Source of the DNA: Myxococcota bacterium
GTDB lineage: Bacteria > Myxococcota_A > SURF-8
Reading direction: 5' to 3'
Length of the DNA stretch: 64,000 nt
Assembly: GCA_965140415.1 (NCBI GenBank)
Contig: OZ223209.1
Location: 3,616,001 to 3,680,000 of the forward strand
This document shows positions 1 through 10,147 of the stretch, piece by piece (positions within the stretch are counted from its first letter, which is position 1; every line of letters starts with the position of its first letter). A program made the position numbers and the translations under genes. The notes beneath the pieces are model-generated. The model did no database searches. It was not told where the DNA came from and was given only the letters and a program-made list of their open reading frames with translations.

Positions 1-285
1 ACTCTCCTCTGGAGAAGGATCAATCGTAAAACTCAATCGATTGTAACTGGTGCTTGCAGGAACATCACAACGACACGAAACGGGAGTTGCCGGAGATGGC
101 TTGTCGAGAGGAGAGGACTGCTCTTCCTGTTGGGCTGAAACCTCTTTCGAATCCGAAGTGTTGGTCTTTTCCGATGTCGTCTCCATTTTGGAAACGGTAT
201 GCGCACAACCGGAAATCCCCAGCAGCAACACAGCAACAGCAAGCAGTGCGCCTCCGGATCGACAGCATCTTTGCAGATCAGGCAT
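1..285 (-). CDS. Lipoprotein, N-terminal part (runs off window edge; not in ORF track)
   Basis: Manual translation from ATG 285: MPDLQRCCRSGGALLAVAVLLLGISGCAHTVSK..., open to position 1. Lipobox ISG-C; start overlaps the stop of the upstream kinase (ATGCCTGA). Confidence 0.75.
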   Translation of the reverse strand, partial: MPDLQRCCRSGGALLAVAVLLLGISGCAHTVSKMETTSEKTNTSDSKEVSAQQEEQSSPLDKPSPATPVSCRCDVPASTSYNRLSFTIDPSPEES

Positions 286-2521
286 TGAACGGTAAACGAA
301 TCGTGAACTTCGTTCCCACACCCTCTCGGCTATCCACCAGGATAATGCCACCGTAGCGCTGTACAATTTTGTAACTGATCGAAAGACCAAGTCCCGTTCC
401 TTTCCCTTGCTCCTTGGTGGAGAAAAACGGGTCGAAAATGGACTTGAGATTCTGGGGTGAAATACCGGTTCCGTTGTCTTCCACCTCGACCTGAATGTAT
501 TCCTGATTCCCAAACATGGAAGTATGAATGGTGATACGCTTTTGAAAATCATCACCACGCTGCGTAGCCGCATCGTCCAGCGCATCAATGGCATTACTTA
601 ACAGGTTGATGAAAACCTGCTCTGTTTCCACCACGTTCACCTTGATTCCGGGCAGGTTGTGAGAGAAGTGCTTGTCTACCTGTACATCCTTCATCTTGCG
701 GCTATGACCCACCATTGCCAATGCGCCTTCGAGCACCGTGTGAATGTTCGTGGTTATGGCATCGGTAACCTTGGTCGAACGCGAATAACGAGACAACTCC
801 TTGACGATCTCGGCCACGCGATTGACATATTGCTGGATCTGATCCGCAGACTCCCGGCTCTCCTCTTCCTGAGAACGCAGACTCATAATTTGAGCCATTC
901 CGGCAATTGCATTTAACGGATTGTTGATTTCATGGGCAATACCCGACATCAATGTACCCAGCCCGGCCATCTTCTCTGCCTGTATCAATTGCCGTTCCAG
1001 GGCCTTGCGTTCCGTAATGTCATCAATTACGATCAGCAGGCGATCGCGTTTGCCGAGAAGGTGTAACACATTGATTAACAAGACCTTTTCGCCTTGTCCC
1101 TCAATAACCTTACGCATTTCCAGATCCAACATCGGCTGCTTGGTTCGCAAGCTCTTCTGCAATCGGTCGCAAAATTCCCCGGAAAATATCTCCGTGACAT
1201 GCCGCCCGGTAATATTCACTAGGCGACTTGAAAATACGGAGTAAAAACTTAAGTTTACCAGCAACACATTCATGTCACGATTCAACACGATCAGAGCGGA
1301 TGGGATTGAATCAATCAGATCCTTGATTGTGCGAGTAACAAAGTTCAACTCAACCGTTCGAGCCTCAACCATGCGTTCCAGATCACGAGTCATCTGCACT
1401 TTCAATCCGGCAGCGATTTCTCGTTTTTTCAAGTGCTGCCACAATTGACCGATCAGCACGAAAAGGATCAATAACATCAATAAAACCAACAGGAAGACAC
1501 GAACGGCCAAATTCAACGATGCCAATAGCGTTTTTTGCGGTTGCGATAGAATCAAAACAACTGGAACTTCAGGTAAAAAACCAACAATTCCAACAGCCAG
1601 TCGTTCTTCGCCTTCTTGCCCGGGACGCTGGTGATAAAAGAAACGACCGAAAACGGTGGAAACCTGCTGTTGGATACGATTATAGAAAGCACTCAAACTG
1701 GAAGATCCAAGACCGAAAGTTTTAACATCCATCCCCGAAACAACCGGATTGACATCGTAGGCAATCGTTCCATTTTGATCGATGGCTGTAAGCTGAATTG
1801 TTTTATTGACATGATTGGCACTCAAGCGGTCAGCCAACCAATTGCGCCCCACTCGAAGCACCAGCATATCCGATGAGCAATTCCCCGATCGCGATTTACT
1901 TTCCTGATCCGCTTCGTGATTACCGGAACCCGATGGGCTTGCATCGAGTTCATCAGACGCACCGGACGTTTTTGAATTCGTAACCGCCAGTTCACACTGC
2001 CAATCCATCCGCAATCCAACGCTAAAGAATCCCGTCGAACCTTCCTCGGAAAGAATCACCCATCCGTTTCGATTGTCCTCAGACATCAACTTCGACCAGA
2101 GTTCTTTAAGTTTTTGCGATTCCGGGTGATTCGCAACACTTTCTATGAACGGCAGTTCGGGCATGCTGATTTCAGCAACGATTTTGCGTCCCTGCTCGAC
2201 CTGAAGAATGGAAAGCAAACTGTCTTCTTCCATGGCCTGAAACAGTTTGGCCAAGCGCCCTTGAGTTTTCAACTTGTCGTCAAGTGAAAAACGAACGTGC
2301 GACGTTTCCGCCCTTTTTATAAGACATTCAACATCATGTAGCAGTTGTTCGTTTAGGTAAATAAGATGCTGGGCTTGGAAGGAATAAAACGACTCTTCGA
2401 TGTGCTGTTTTACTTTTGAAAGTACCCAATTGGCGAACAGAACCCCAACCAGAACAAGAATGACCCCTCCTGAAACGAGCGCCCATGAGCTGTACCGCTT
2501 GTCCTGTCTTGATCTGATCAT
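278..2521 (-). CDS. Membrane sensor histidine kinase (periplasmic domain, PAS, HisKA, HATPase)
   Basis: Two TM segments, H-box GIAHEINNPL, N-box NLLSNAIDA, EDNGTG, DPFFSTK, GTGLGL. Confidence 0.93.
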   Translation of the reverse strand: MIRSRQDKRYSSWALVSGGVILVLVGVLFANWVLSKVKQHIEESFYSFQAQHLIYLNEQLLHDVECLIKRAETSHVRFSLDDKLKTQGRLAKLFQAMEEDSLLSILQVEQGRKIVAEISMPELPFIESVANHPESQKLKELWSKLMSEDNRNGWVILSEEGSTGFFSVGLRMDWQCELAVTNSKTSGASDELDASPSGSGNHEADQESKSRSGNCSSDMLVLRVGRNWLADRLSANHVNKTIQLTAIDQNGTIAYDVNPVVSGMDVKTFGLGSSSLSAFYNRIQQQVSTVFGRFFYHQRPGQEGEERLAVGIVGFLPEVPVVLILSQPQKTLLASLNLAVRVFLLVLLMLLILFVLIGQLWQHLKKREIAAGLKVQMTRDLERMVEARTVELNFVTRTIKDLIDSIPSALIVLNRDMNVLLVNLSFYSVFSSRLVNITGRHVTEIFSGEFCDRLQKSLRTKQPMLDLEMRKVIEGQGEKVLLINVLHLLGKRDRLLIVIDDITERKALERQLIQAEKMAGLGTLMSGIAHEINNPLNAIAGMAQIMSLRSQEEESRESADQIQQYVNRVAEIVKELSRYSRSTKVTDAITTNIHTVLEGALAMVGHSRKMKDVQVDKHFSHNLPGIKVNVVETEQVFINLLSNAIDALDDAATQRGDDFQKRITIHTSMFGNQEYIQVEVEDNGTGISPQNLKSIFDPFFSTKEQGKGTGLGLSISYKIVQRYGGIILVDSREGVGTKFTIRLPFNA

Positions 2522-2568
2522 GTGTTCAATTCGTAGTTTGAGTGGCTAATGTAGCAGGATAGGCGACT

Positions 2569-3708
2569 TCAGCGGTTGGTTGCTGCATCCCCGCGTGGCA
2601 CCTTCGCAATCATTTTGCGTACCATATCCAAAAAAGGTTCAAGCAACTCCGGATCGTAATAAGTACCCTTTCCTTTCTGGATTTCTTCAATAGCTTCTTC
2701 GATTTCGAAAGCTTCCCGATATGGGCGCGATGTGGTCAAAAAATCGAATGAATCGACGATGCGGATGATTCTTGCCAGAAGGGGTATTTCACTGTGAGAA
2801 AGCCCTTCTGCATAGCCCGAACCATCCCAGTTTTCATGATGATATTTGATCGCAGGAATAACATCTTCAAGAAACTCAACAGGTTCCAGGATATTCACGC
2901 CCCGGATGACATGAGTATGTAGAACTTCCCGTTCTTCACCAGTCAATTTCTCGTTCTTGTTCAAAAGAACGTCGGGTATTCCGATTTTTCCGATATCGTG
3001 AAGAATTGCCGCATTATTGAGCGTGCGTAATTGCTCTTTTTCCAGTCCGATCTGACGTCCCAGGGTACTGGCATACTGTGCAACCCGCTTGGAATGCCCG
3101 ATAAGATGCTGATCGCGTTCTTCCACTACATTTGCCAGTGCAACAACCATATCCAACATGTTGCGCTGCATCGCAACCGTCTTTTCGCTGATCTTGCGTT
3201 CGAGGTTACGCTGGTATTCCAGGTTTTCTCGCTCTAAGCGCGACTTCTCCTCGACCAGTTTACGATGCTCGATCGCTTTCTCCACCGAAATGATCAACTC
3301 ACCCGCATCGATTGGTTTTGTGAGATAGTTTGCTGCACCCTGGCGCATTACGGAGACAGCGGTATTGATATCGATAAATCCGGTCAGCATGATGACCGGA
3401 ACAATGGGCTTATGCTGCCTGATAAAATTCAGAACATCGATTCCACTGATTTTAGGCATACGGATGTCGCAGATACAAACGGTTACATCCTCGTTTTTCA
3501 GGATGTTGATCGCTTCTTCTCCATCAAGACAGGAAACGACCTCGAACCCCTTGTCTTCCAAGTAAATGCGTAAAATCTTCAGATTGATTTCTTCGTCGTC
3601 TACGATAAGAATTCGATACCGATTCGTTTCGCCGCTGCGCGAACCCTCGTTTTGGTCCAATGTATAATCTTGCATGTTACCTTGATCCAACCGAATTCTT
3701 GCCACCAA
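2569..3708 (-). CDS. Response regulator with HD-GYP c-di-GMP phosphodiesterase domain (start may be ATG 3675)
   Basis: Receiver ILIVDDE...DIRMP...KP; LHDIGKIG, HHENWDGSGYAEGL, SRPYR motifs. Confidence 0.92.
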   Translation of the reverse strand: MVARIRLDQGNMQDYTLDQNEGSRSGETNRYRILIVDDEEINLKILRIYLEDKGFEVVSCLDGEEAINILKNEDVTVCICDIRMPKISGIDVLNFIRQHKPIVPVIMLTGFIDINTAVSVMRQGAANYLTKPIDAGELIISVEKAIEHRKLVEEKSRLERENLEYQRNLERKISEKTVAMQRNMLDMVVALANVVEERDQHLIGHSKRVAQYASTLGRQIGLEKEQLRTLNNAAILHDIGKIGIPDVLLNKNEKLTGEEREVLHTHVIRGVNILEPVEFLEDVIPAIKYHHENWDGSGYAEGLSHSEIPLLARIIRIVDSFDFLTTSRPYREAFEIEEAIEEIQKGKGTYYDPELLEPFLDMVRKMIAKVPRGDAATNR

Positions 3709-3723
3709 TCCCTAACCATAGTA

Positions 3724-3752
3724 GGTTTACGTGAAATTTATGCAAGCGTCAA
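3724..3752 (-). promoter_or_regulatory. Putative sigma70 promoter for the HD-GYP/kinase operon
   Basis: Minus strand TTGACG-17 nt-TAAACC. Confidence 0.4.
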
Positions 3753-3773
3753 GGAATATCAACTTAATAATGG

Positions 3774-3802
3774 TTGCAACAATCCGGCCAGATGATTATT
3801 AT
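3774..3802 (+). promoter_or_regulatory. Putative sigma70 promoter of rnpB
   Basis: TTGCAA-17 nt-TATTAT followed by a GC-rich discriminator (ATGCGC) just before the RNA 5' end. Confidence 0.6.
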
Positions 3803-3808
3803 ATGCGC

Positions 3809-4180
3809 GCCGAGGGGGAGTGGCGACCGCCGGATCGGAAGGTCTGGAGGAAAGTCCGGGCTCCACAGGGCAAGGTGCTGGATAACGTCCAGCGGGGGTG
3901 ACCCCAGGGAAAGTGCCACAGAAAAAACAGCGCCCGGTACATCCGGGTAAGCGTGAAATGGTGCGGCAAGAGCGCACCGAGATGGCGGTGACGTCATCTG
4001 CATGGTAAACCCCACCTGGAGCAAGACCGAATAGGAATGATCGTCCGGTTTACCGGACGTAAGGGTGGCCCGCCCGAGCATTCGGGTACGGTCGCATGAG
4101 GTTGGTCGGTAACGGCCACCCAAGATGAATGGTCGCCCACGCATTAGCGTGAACAAAACCCGGCTTACACCCCCCTCGGC
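3809..4180 (+). ncRNA. rnpB: RNase P RNA, bacterial type A
   Basis: Conserved GAGGAAAGTCCGGGCTCC, GAAAGTGCCACAGAAA, GGTAAACCCC, GAGCAAG and ACAAAACCCGGCTTA; terminal helix GCCGAGGGGG/CCCCCTCGGC. Confidence 0.98.
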
Positions 4181-4414
4181 CTTTTTGTTGGATGATGTTT
4201 CCCTTTTCGTTTTTCGATTCGAAATCTGTTTAAAACGAAATGAGATTCACACTGAATCGAGAATGCACCGTCACGAAATTTCAAATGGATTTCAGTTTCA
4301 GTTCGGTTTTTTATCCTCTTGGAAATGCTTGGGTATCGGCGAAATTCCCTTGCACCGCCTACCTGCTCATGGTAGGTTTAAACGACCGTTAACGATGAGA
4401 ATAAAGGTAAGATT

Positions 4415-5404
4415 TTGAAGCTTCAAAACAAGCGAACGGGAAGCAAAACGCTCTCATTCGAGGATAACCGACGCTGCCTGATTCTTTTCGGCCAGCGCAA
4501 CGAAAATCTGAAAGCCGTCGAAAACCAATTGAAGATCGACGTTGCTTCGCGCGGAAACGAGGTCTCCCTGCAAGGTGAAGAGCAGGCCGTACGCATCGCT
4601 GAAAATCTACTGACGCAATTGTACGATCTTCTCGAGCAACAGCAGGAGCTAAGACCGCAAGATGTCATAACGGCAATCGGAACGCTGGAACGTAATCCGT
4701 CTTTGCGGCTATCTACCTTTTTTAAAGGCAACGCCATCAAAACCGGCACAGCCAAAAAATCGATCGTACCGAAAACCCCCGCACAAAAAGTCTATCTCGA
4801 CACAATTGCCACGCACGATCTGGTTTTCTCTATCGGCCCTGCCGGCACGGGAAAAACCTATTTGGCGATGGCCATGGCGGTCAACCATTTACTGCGCAAG
4901 GATTGCAAACGTATCGTATTGACGCGTCCAGCAGTTGAAGCCGGAGAGAGGCTGGGATTTCTGCCCGGTGACATCGCCGAAAAAGTCAATCCATATCTAC
5001 GCCCCCTGTATGACGCGCTGTACGACATGGTCGAGTTGGACCGCGTCCAACAATGGTTTCAACAGGGTGTAGTCGAAGTAGCCCCGCTTGCTTTCATGCG
5101 CGGTAGAACGCTGAACGACAGTTTCATCATCTTGGATGAGGCCCAAAACACCACCCAGGATCAGATGAAAATGTTTTTAACTCGCATGGGCTTCGGCTCC
5201 AAAGCCGTTGTAACCGGCGACATCACCCAAATCGACTTACCGGACAATTCACCATCCGGTCTGATTCATGCCACCCGCATTCTCAATAATATCGAAGGCA
5301 TCGGGATCTGCCGCTTCACAGAAGTAGATGTAGTACGTCATCCACTTGTACAACGGATCGTACTGGCCTACGACGGAAACTGGAAGAGCGGTCATGGCGA
5401 ATAA
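4415..5404 (+). CDS. phoH: PhoH-family ATPase
   Basis: GPAGTGKT Walker A, RPAVEAGERLGFLPG, MRGRTL, DEAQN, GDITQIDLP, VRHPLV. Confidence 0.96.
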   Translation: MKLQNKRTGSKTLSFEDNRRCLILFGQRNENLKAVENQLKIDVASRGNEVSLQGEEQAVRIAENLLTQLYDLLEQQQELRPQDVITAIGTLERNPSLRLSTFFKGNAIKTGTAKKSIVPKTPAQKVYLDTIATHDLVFSIGPAGTGKTYLAMAMAVNHLLRKDCKRIVLTRPAVEAGERLGFLPGDIAEKVNPYLRPLYDALYDMVELDRVQQWFQQGVVEVAPLAFMRGRTLNDSFIILDEAQNTTQDQMKMFLTRMGFGSKAVVTGDITQIDLPDNSPSGLIHATRILNNIEGIGICRFTEVDVVRHPLVQRIVLAYDGNWKSGHGE

Positions 5405-8048
5405 ACCGACACAGGAAAACACAACGGGGAGCAAGCGCCCAACCGGCCAGCTTCCCACTTCGAATGCATCGGAAAAGCAGGAGAAAAAGCAACTGAAACT
5501 CGCTTTCTCCTGGAGCATGTTGGATAGAAAACGTTATTATCTGGCGTTACTGTTGATCGTTTCCATTTCGATCGGCATACTTCTTTCGCCAGGATTGCTA
5601 AGCCAATCAAAAACGTACGACAATAGCTGGCTTGGTCAGATCACCACCAAGGATATCCGTTCTCCAGGCGATTACAACATCGTCGACCTTTCTGCTACAG
5701 AAACCAAACGTCAGGAAGCCGAGCGGGCCATCAATCCGATTTACGATCACTACACGACACTCGGCAAAGAGATCCAGCAACGCATTGATCTGGCGTTCGA
5801 TAAAAGCCAGAAAATGCTATATGATTTCATTATCGACAACCTGGTTATCGCAGAAGAGCAGGAAGCGACCTCCAAAAAGCGACATAGCCGAACAAACAAG
5901 AAAAGTAACGCAAAAGATACCGACGTAGACGAAGAAAACGCTCCCGCGCCAGAGCAGATCTACATACAACGAATCGAACGAGTGAAAAAAAATCTCGAAA
6001 TATACGTTGCCAAAATCAGTAAAGACAATTCCCTGAAAAAAGCTTTGACGGACTTATTGGTCGGACAGCACAGCGACTTCAACCGTACCATTCATGCCGT
6101 TATTCCGGAAGAAGACTACTTGTTATTGGCGAACTATTCGTTTGCCGATGATTTGCGTAATTCATTAAAACGTATGGTTGGCGATATCATGTCACGCAAA
6201 ATCATCAATGATAAGGAATTGATGGAGCGTGGCGGATCAGAAGAAATTACATTGCGAGTTCTCGACGACTCGGGTCGCCTCCCAACCGAATATCAATTGC
6301 GCGACAGCGGCAGCATCCTGGACTACAAGGAAATCAATCAATCTTTGTGGCGCTACACCACGATTCTGTCCGATTTGGGGCCACGCCAACGCAACCTGCT
6401 GCTGAAAATAGGTGGTAAACTGGTGCAGCCAACACTGACTTTCAACCGCGACCTGACTCAAAGCCGTCGTTTGGCCGCAAGAGAAGCCGTCAAACCGATG
6501 ATTATCCCGATAAAAAAACGGGAAATCATCATCCGTGACGGAGAACGTTTCGAAAAACGTCATCTGATGATTCTAAAAGGCATCCAAAGAGAAATGGCAT
6601 CGGTCAACCCGATCGAAGTGATGGTCGGATATTCGCTGTTTTTCATGGTTCTGATCAGTACGCTGGCTATTTTTGCCCGTAATAACATCCGAAAATTCAA
6701 TCCACACATGGTCGATTTCTTAATGATGACCCTGCTGATCCTGTTGTTCATCTTGATGGTCAAAGCAGTGGGCATCATTGCAGCAGCCCTGGGACCGGTT
6801 TTACCAAATGTTGACAGCAACATTTTCTTTTTAGGCATACCTGTCGCGGCAGGGGCAGCCATGGTACGCATTGTAACCAATTCGGAAACGGCAACCTATT
6901 TCGCCATTTTAACTTCGATACTGTACAGTTTCTTCTCTGCCAATCCGTTTTTCATGGGTATTTACGCTTTGGTTACGAGCCTTGTCGCGGCCGATTCGGT
7001 GGGTCAATGCAGAACGCGAACGACCCTGTTCTTTGCAGGACTGCGAGTCTCACTGGTGGCCATGCTATTGATTATTTTCATGCATCTGTACAGTGGGCGC
7101 ATCACCAATTTGGAATTTCTGTACGCACTGATAGCCGCTACGGCATCCGGAATCGCGACCGGTCTGGTACTCACCGGCATCACACCTTTAATCGAGTTCC
7201 TCTTCGGATATACAACAGATATCAAACTGTTGGAATTGTCCAACCTGAATCATCCACTATTAAAAAAACTGATCGTTCAGGCTCCAGGCACCTACCATCA
7301 CAGCATTCTGGTCGGATCGCTGGTAGAAGCAGCCGCCGAATCGATCCATGCCAATCCTCTATTGGCACGCGTAGCCGCCTATTACCACGATATCGGCAAG
7401 ATCAAAACCCCGCATTATTTCGCCGAAAATCAACGAGATGGCGACAACCCGCACGACACTCTGAGTCCCAGTATGAGCGTGTTGATTCTTCAATCGCATG
7501 TGAAAGAAGGAGTGGAACTGGCCAGGCAATACAACCTGGGAGCGATAATCACGGACATCATCGAGCAGCATCACGGTACAAATCTGATCCGCTATTTCCA
7601 GCACAAAGCCAGTGAAATGCGCAAAGAAGGTGCAAACGTCAGCGATGATGAGCGCGACTTCCGCTATCCCGGTCCCAAGCCGCAAACGCGCGAGGCGGGG
7701 CTGGTTATGCTGGCCGACGCCACCGAAGCGGCGACACGCAGCCTGGAAAACTCCTCCAAAGAGCGCATTCAAGGCATGGTCCAGAAGATCATCAACATGA
7801 TTTTCCGCGACGGTCAACTCAATGAGTGTGAATTGACCTTGAAAGATCTGCACTTGATCGCCCGCGCCTTTACTCAAATTCTGGTCGGTCTTTATCACAA
7901 CCGGCCTTCCTATCCCGGACAGCAAAAGCCCCAGGAGAAGACCCCGAATGGACGTACAGGTTCTCAACAGACAAAGAAAGCTGAAGATCCACCCTCCGAT
8001 GTGGAAGACGACGACGACAAAGATCTTAGACGTCTTGGGATGCATTGA
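5394..8048 (+). CDS. 7TM-HD family phosphohydrolase (PgpH-like cyclic dinucleotide phosphodiesterase)
   Basis: Large extracytoplasmic domain, 7 TM helices, APGTYHHS, YYHDIGK, HHGT, FRYPGPKP, MLAD; classic phoH-HD-ybeY context. Start taken at ATG 5394. Confidence 0.9.
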   Translation: MANKPTQENTTGSKRPTGQLPTSNASEKQEKKQLKLAFSWSMLDRKRYYLALLLIVSISIGILLSPGLLSQSKTYDNSWLGQITTKDIRSPGDYNIVDLSATETKRQEAERAINPIYDHYTTLGKEIQQRIDLAFDKSQKMLYDFIIDNLVIAEEQEATSKKRHSRTNKKSNAKDTDVDEENAPAPEQIYIQRIERVKKNLEIYVAKISKDNSLKKALTDLLVGQHSDFNRTIHAVIPEEDYLLLANYSFADDLRNSLKRMVGDIMSRKIINDKELMERGGSEEITLRVLDDSGRLPTEYQLRDSGSILDYKEINQSLWRYTTILSDLGPRQRNLLLKIGGKLVQPTLTFNRDLTQSRRLAAREAVKPMIIPIKKREIIIRDGERFEKRHLMILKGIQREMASVNPIEVMVGYSLFFMVLISTLAIFARNNIRKFNPHMVDFLMMTLLILLFILMVKAVGIIAAALGPVLPNVDSNIFFLGIPVAAGAAMVRIVTNSETATYFAILTSILYSFFSANPFFMGIYALVTSLVAADSVGQCRTRTTLFFAGLRVSLVAMLLIIFMHLYSGRITNLEFLYALIAATASGIATGLVLTGITPLIEFLFGYTTDIKLLELSNLNHPLLKKLIVQAPGTYHHSILVGSLVEAAAESIHANPLLARVAAYYHDIGKIKTPHYFAENQRDGDNPHDTLSPSMSVLILQSHVKEGVELARQYNLGAIITDIIEQHHGTNLIRYFQHKASEMRKEGANVSDDERDFRYPGPKPQTREAGLVMLADATEAATRSLENSSKERIQGMVQKIINMIFRDGQLNECELTLKDLHLIARAFTQILVGLYHNRPSYPGQQKPQEKTPNGRTGSQQTKKAEDPPSDVEDDDDKDLRRLGMH

Positions 8049-8397
8049 CGAGGAAATCTGCATAGTCTTCGTTTCAGATCGCAAAATGCGGGAATTGAAT
8101 CGTCAGTTTCGCAATATCGATAAAACAACCGATGTACTCTCCTTTCCAGCGCGCGAAACGGATGCCCCAAACCCGGAAGAACAGTTTCTGGGGGATGTCG
8201 TAGTTTCCATCGAAGCCGCCCAACGCCAGGCAGAAGAATATGGGGAAAGCCTGGATGAGGAAATCACCCGCCTGCTAACCCATGGTGTATTACATTGCCT
8301 GGGCTACGATCACCAAACGAAGACCGATGAAAAACGGATGATGACCAAACAAAACGCGGTTTTGAAAAAACTTGCCAAAGGAGAGCCCAAGTCATGA
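7948..8397 (+). CDS. ybeY: rRNA maturation endoribonuclease YbeY
   Basis: LNRQFR, TDVLSF, LGDVVVS, HGVLHCLGYDH zinc motif. Confidence 0.96.
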   Translation: MDVQVLNRQRKLKIHPPMWKTTTTKILDVLGCIDEEICIVFVSDRKMRELNRQFRNIDKTTDVLSFPARETDAPNPEEQFLGDVVVSIEAAQRQAEEYGESLDEEITRLLTHGVLHCLGYDHQTKTDEKRMMTKQNAVLKKLAKGEPKS

Positions 8398-9986
8398 AGT
8401 CGTTCGGGTTGGCCGCCGCGCTGACGCTGCTCTCCGGCCTACTGCTTTCTCTCGCTCATCCTTCCGCACTACCACTGATCACCACTTCGGAAGGTTATAT
8501 TTTAGACACCGGCTGGCAGGAAATTCTGGCTTGGTTCGGATTGGTTCCTTTTCTGTTCGTGGCGACACGGCTACGCGGGTATAAACTGTTTCTGGCCAGT
8601 TTTGGACTGACCACCTTCTACTTTTTCCTGTCGCTGTACTGGATCAATATCGCCGTCACGATTTACGGAAATATCCACTGGGGATTCTCTCTGTTGATTT
8701 CGTTGGCGCTTGCCATGCTGGTAGGTATTCAACTGGCTTTCGGTATGACGTTCGGTGTTATTATCCACCGTAGACTTAAACTGCCGTTATCCTTCACTCT
8801 TCCCGTTTCTGTCGTGGCGTGGGAGTTATTGCGTAATTACTTTTTCACGGGCTTTCCCTGGCAAAATCTGGCCTATAGCCAACACCTGAACCTGCCTGTA
8901 TTGCAAACATCAGCGATCTGGGGCATTTACGGAATTTTGTTCATGCTGATTCTATGCAATACAATCATGTTCGAGTTGATCCGGTGGTGGCGCAATCGCG
9001 AACAACCACTTCCCAATGCCACCGCAACGGCACTTTTAATCGCGATGGTCGCCTTCAGCTATGCATACGGAGTCTATCGGTTGTGGGCTAACGAACAGAT
9101 GGAAGCGGCAGCTCCGAAACTGAAAGCCGCCATGGTGCAGGGCAACATCGATCAGACCATCAAAAACAGTTCTTATCGCTATGCTCGTAAAATTCTGGAA
9201 GTGTACACAGGGTTAAGTGAGCAGATTCCCACCGATACCGATCTGGTTGTCTGGCCCGAAGCCGCTTATCCTTACAATATTCCCCGTACTCAAGACAGCT
9301 TTAAGCGCTTGTTTTTCGGCGAGCTGAGCCTGCAAGCTCCCTGGCATATGCTTGTGGGAGCAGCTACCTATTCGGTTCATGAAGGGGAGCGTCACTATTA
9401 TAACTCCGGTTTTCTGCTTTCTCCTCACTTGCAGGTGCTCGACGCTTTCGACAAAAGCCACTTGGTACCATTTGGCGAATATGTCCCGCTAAGCGAGATC
9501 ATTCGGGTCGGCAAAGTGATTCCTCAAGCGGGCATGTTCTATCCTGGAGAACTGGGTGACGGCTTGCAGATGGGCGATAAAAGTCTGGGCGTTTTAATCT
9601 GTTATGAAGGCATCTTCCCGGAAATCGCCCGTGAATACGCTAGAGTCGGAGTACACTTTCTGGTCAACCTGACCAACGATGCCTGGTATGGAGTCTCCAG
9701 CGCCCCCTTCCAGCATCTTGCCTTTTATACCTTCCGGGCGGCTGAAACGCGCAAAGCGCTGCTGCGCGTCGCCAACACCGGCATTACCACCGCCATCGAC
9801 AGTTCCGGGCGTATCGGCAAAGGCAGTCACCTTTTTGAGCGCACGGTCGTGATGGCCACCATTCCTCTGCTTACCGAGCGAACCATTTACAGCTATATCG
9901 GCGACGTTCCCGCTTGGATACTGGTACTGCTCTGGTTCGTCTGGGTTTTACGCAGTCTGAAAGCTGCCCGACTCGAAAAGAAATGA
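8394..9986 (+). CDS. lnt: Apolipoprotein N-acyltransferase
   Basis: TM N-terminus, GFPW, QGNI, WPEAA, KSHLVPFGEYVP, ICYE, TNDAW, NTGIT. Confidence 0.96.
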   Translation: MKSFGLAAALTLLSGLLLSLAHPSALPLITTSEGYILDTGWQEILAWFGLVPFLFVATRLRGYKLFLASFGLTTFYFFLSLYWINIAVTIYGNIHWGFSLLISLALAMLVGIQLAFGMTFGVIIHRRLKLPLSFTLPVSVVAWELLRNYFFTGFPWQNLAYSQHLNLPVLQTSAIWGIYGILFMLILCNTIMFELIRWWRNREQPLPNATATALLIAMVAFSYAYGVYRLWANEQMEAAAPKLKAAMVQGNIDQTIKNSSYRYARKILEVYTGLSEQIPTDTDLVVWPEAAYPYNIPRTQDSFKRLFFGELSLQAPWHMLVGAATYSVHEGERHYYNSGFLLSPHLQVLDAFDKSHLVPFGEYVPLSEIIRVGKVIPQAGMFYPGELGDGLQMGDKSLGVLICYEGIFPEIAREYARVGVHFLVNLTNDAWYGVSSAPFQHLAFYTFRAAETRKALLRVANTGITTAIDSSGRIGKGSHLFERTVVMATIPLLTERTIYSYIGDVPAWILVLLWFVWVLRSLKAARLEKK

Positions 9987-10147
9987 CAGATTCCGACAAA
10001 GCCCGTTCACAAACGTTTGGCTTTGATGTAAAAGGAACTTGCCTGTGCAAAGGATTTCCTTTATGGTACGCGCGGATTCTACAATTGAATCCGACCGGCT
10101 AGCAGCACATGAAAATCGACGACTGACGGCATGTAAAGGGAGGCCAC

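Noticed and set aside
3764-4156. 130-aa minus-strand ORF and the overlapping 72-aa ORF
   Set aside because: Antisense shadows of rnpB.
7359-8084. 241-aa minus-strand ORF
   Set aside because: Antisense to the well-supported HD domain; no recognisable motifs.
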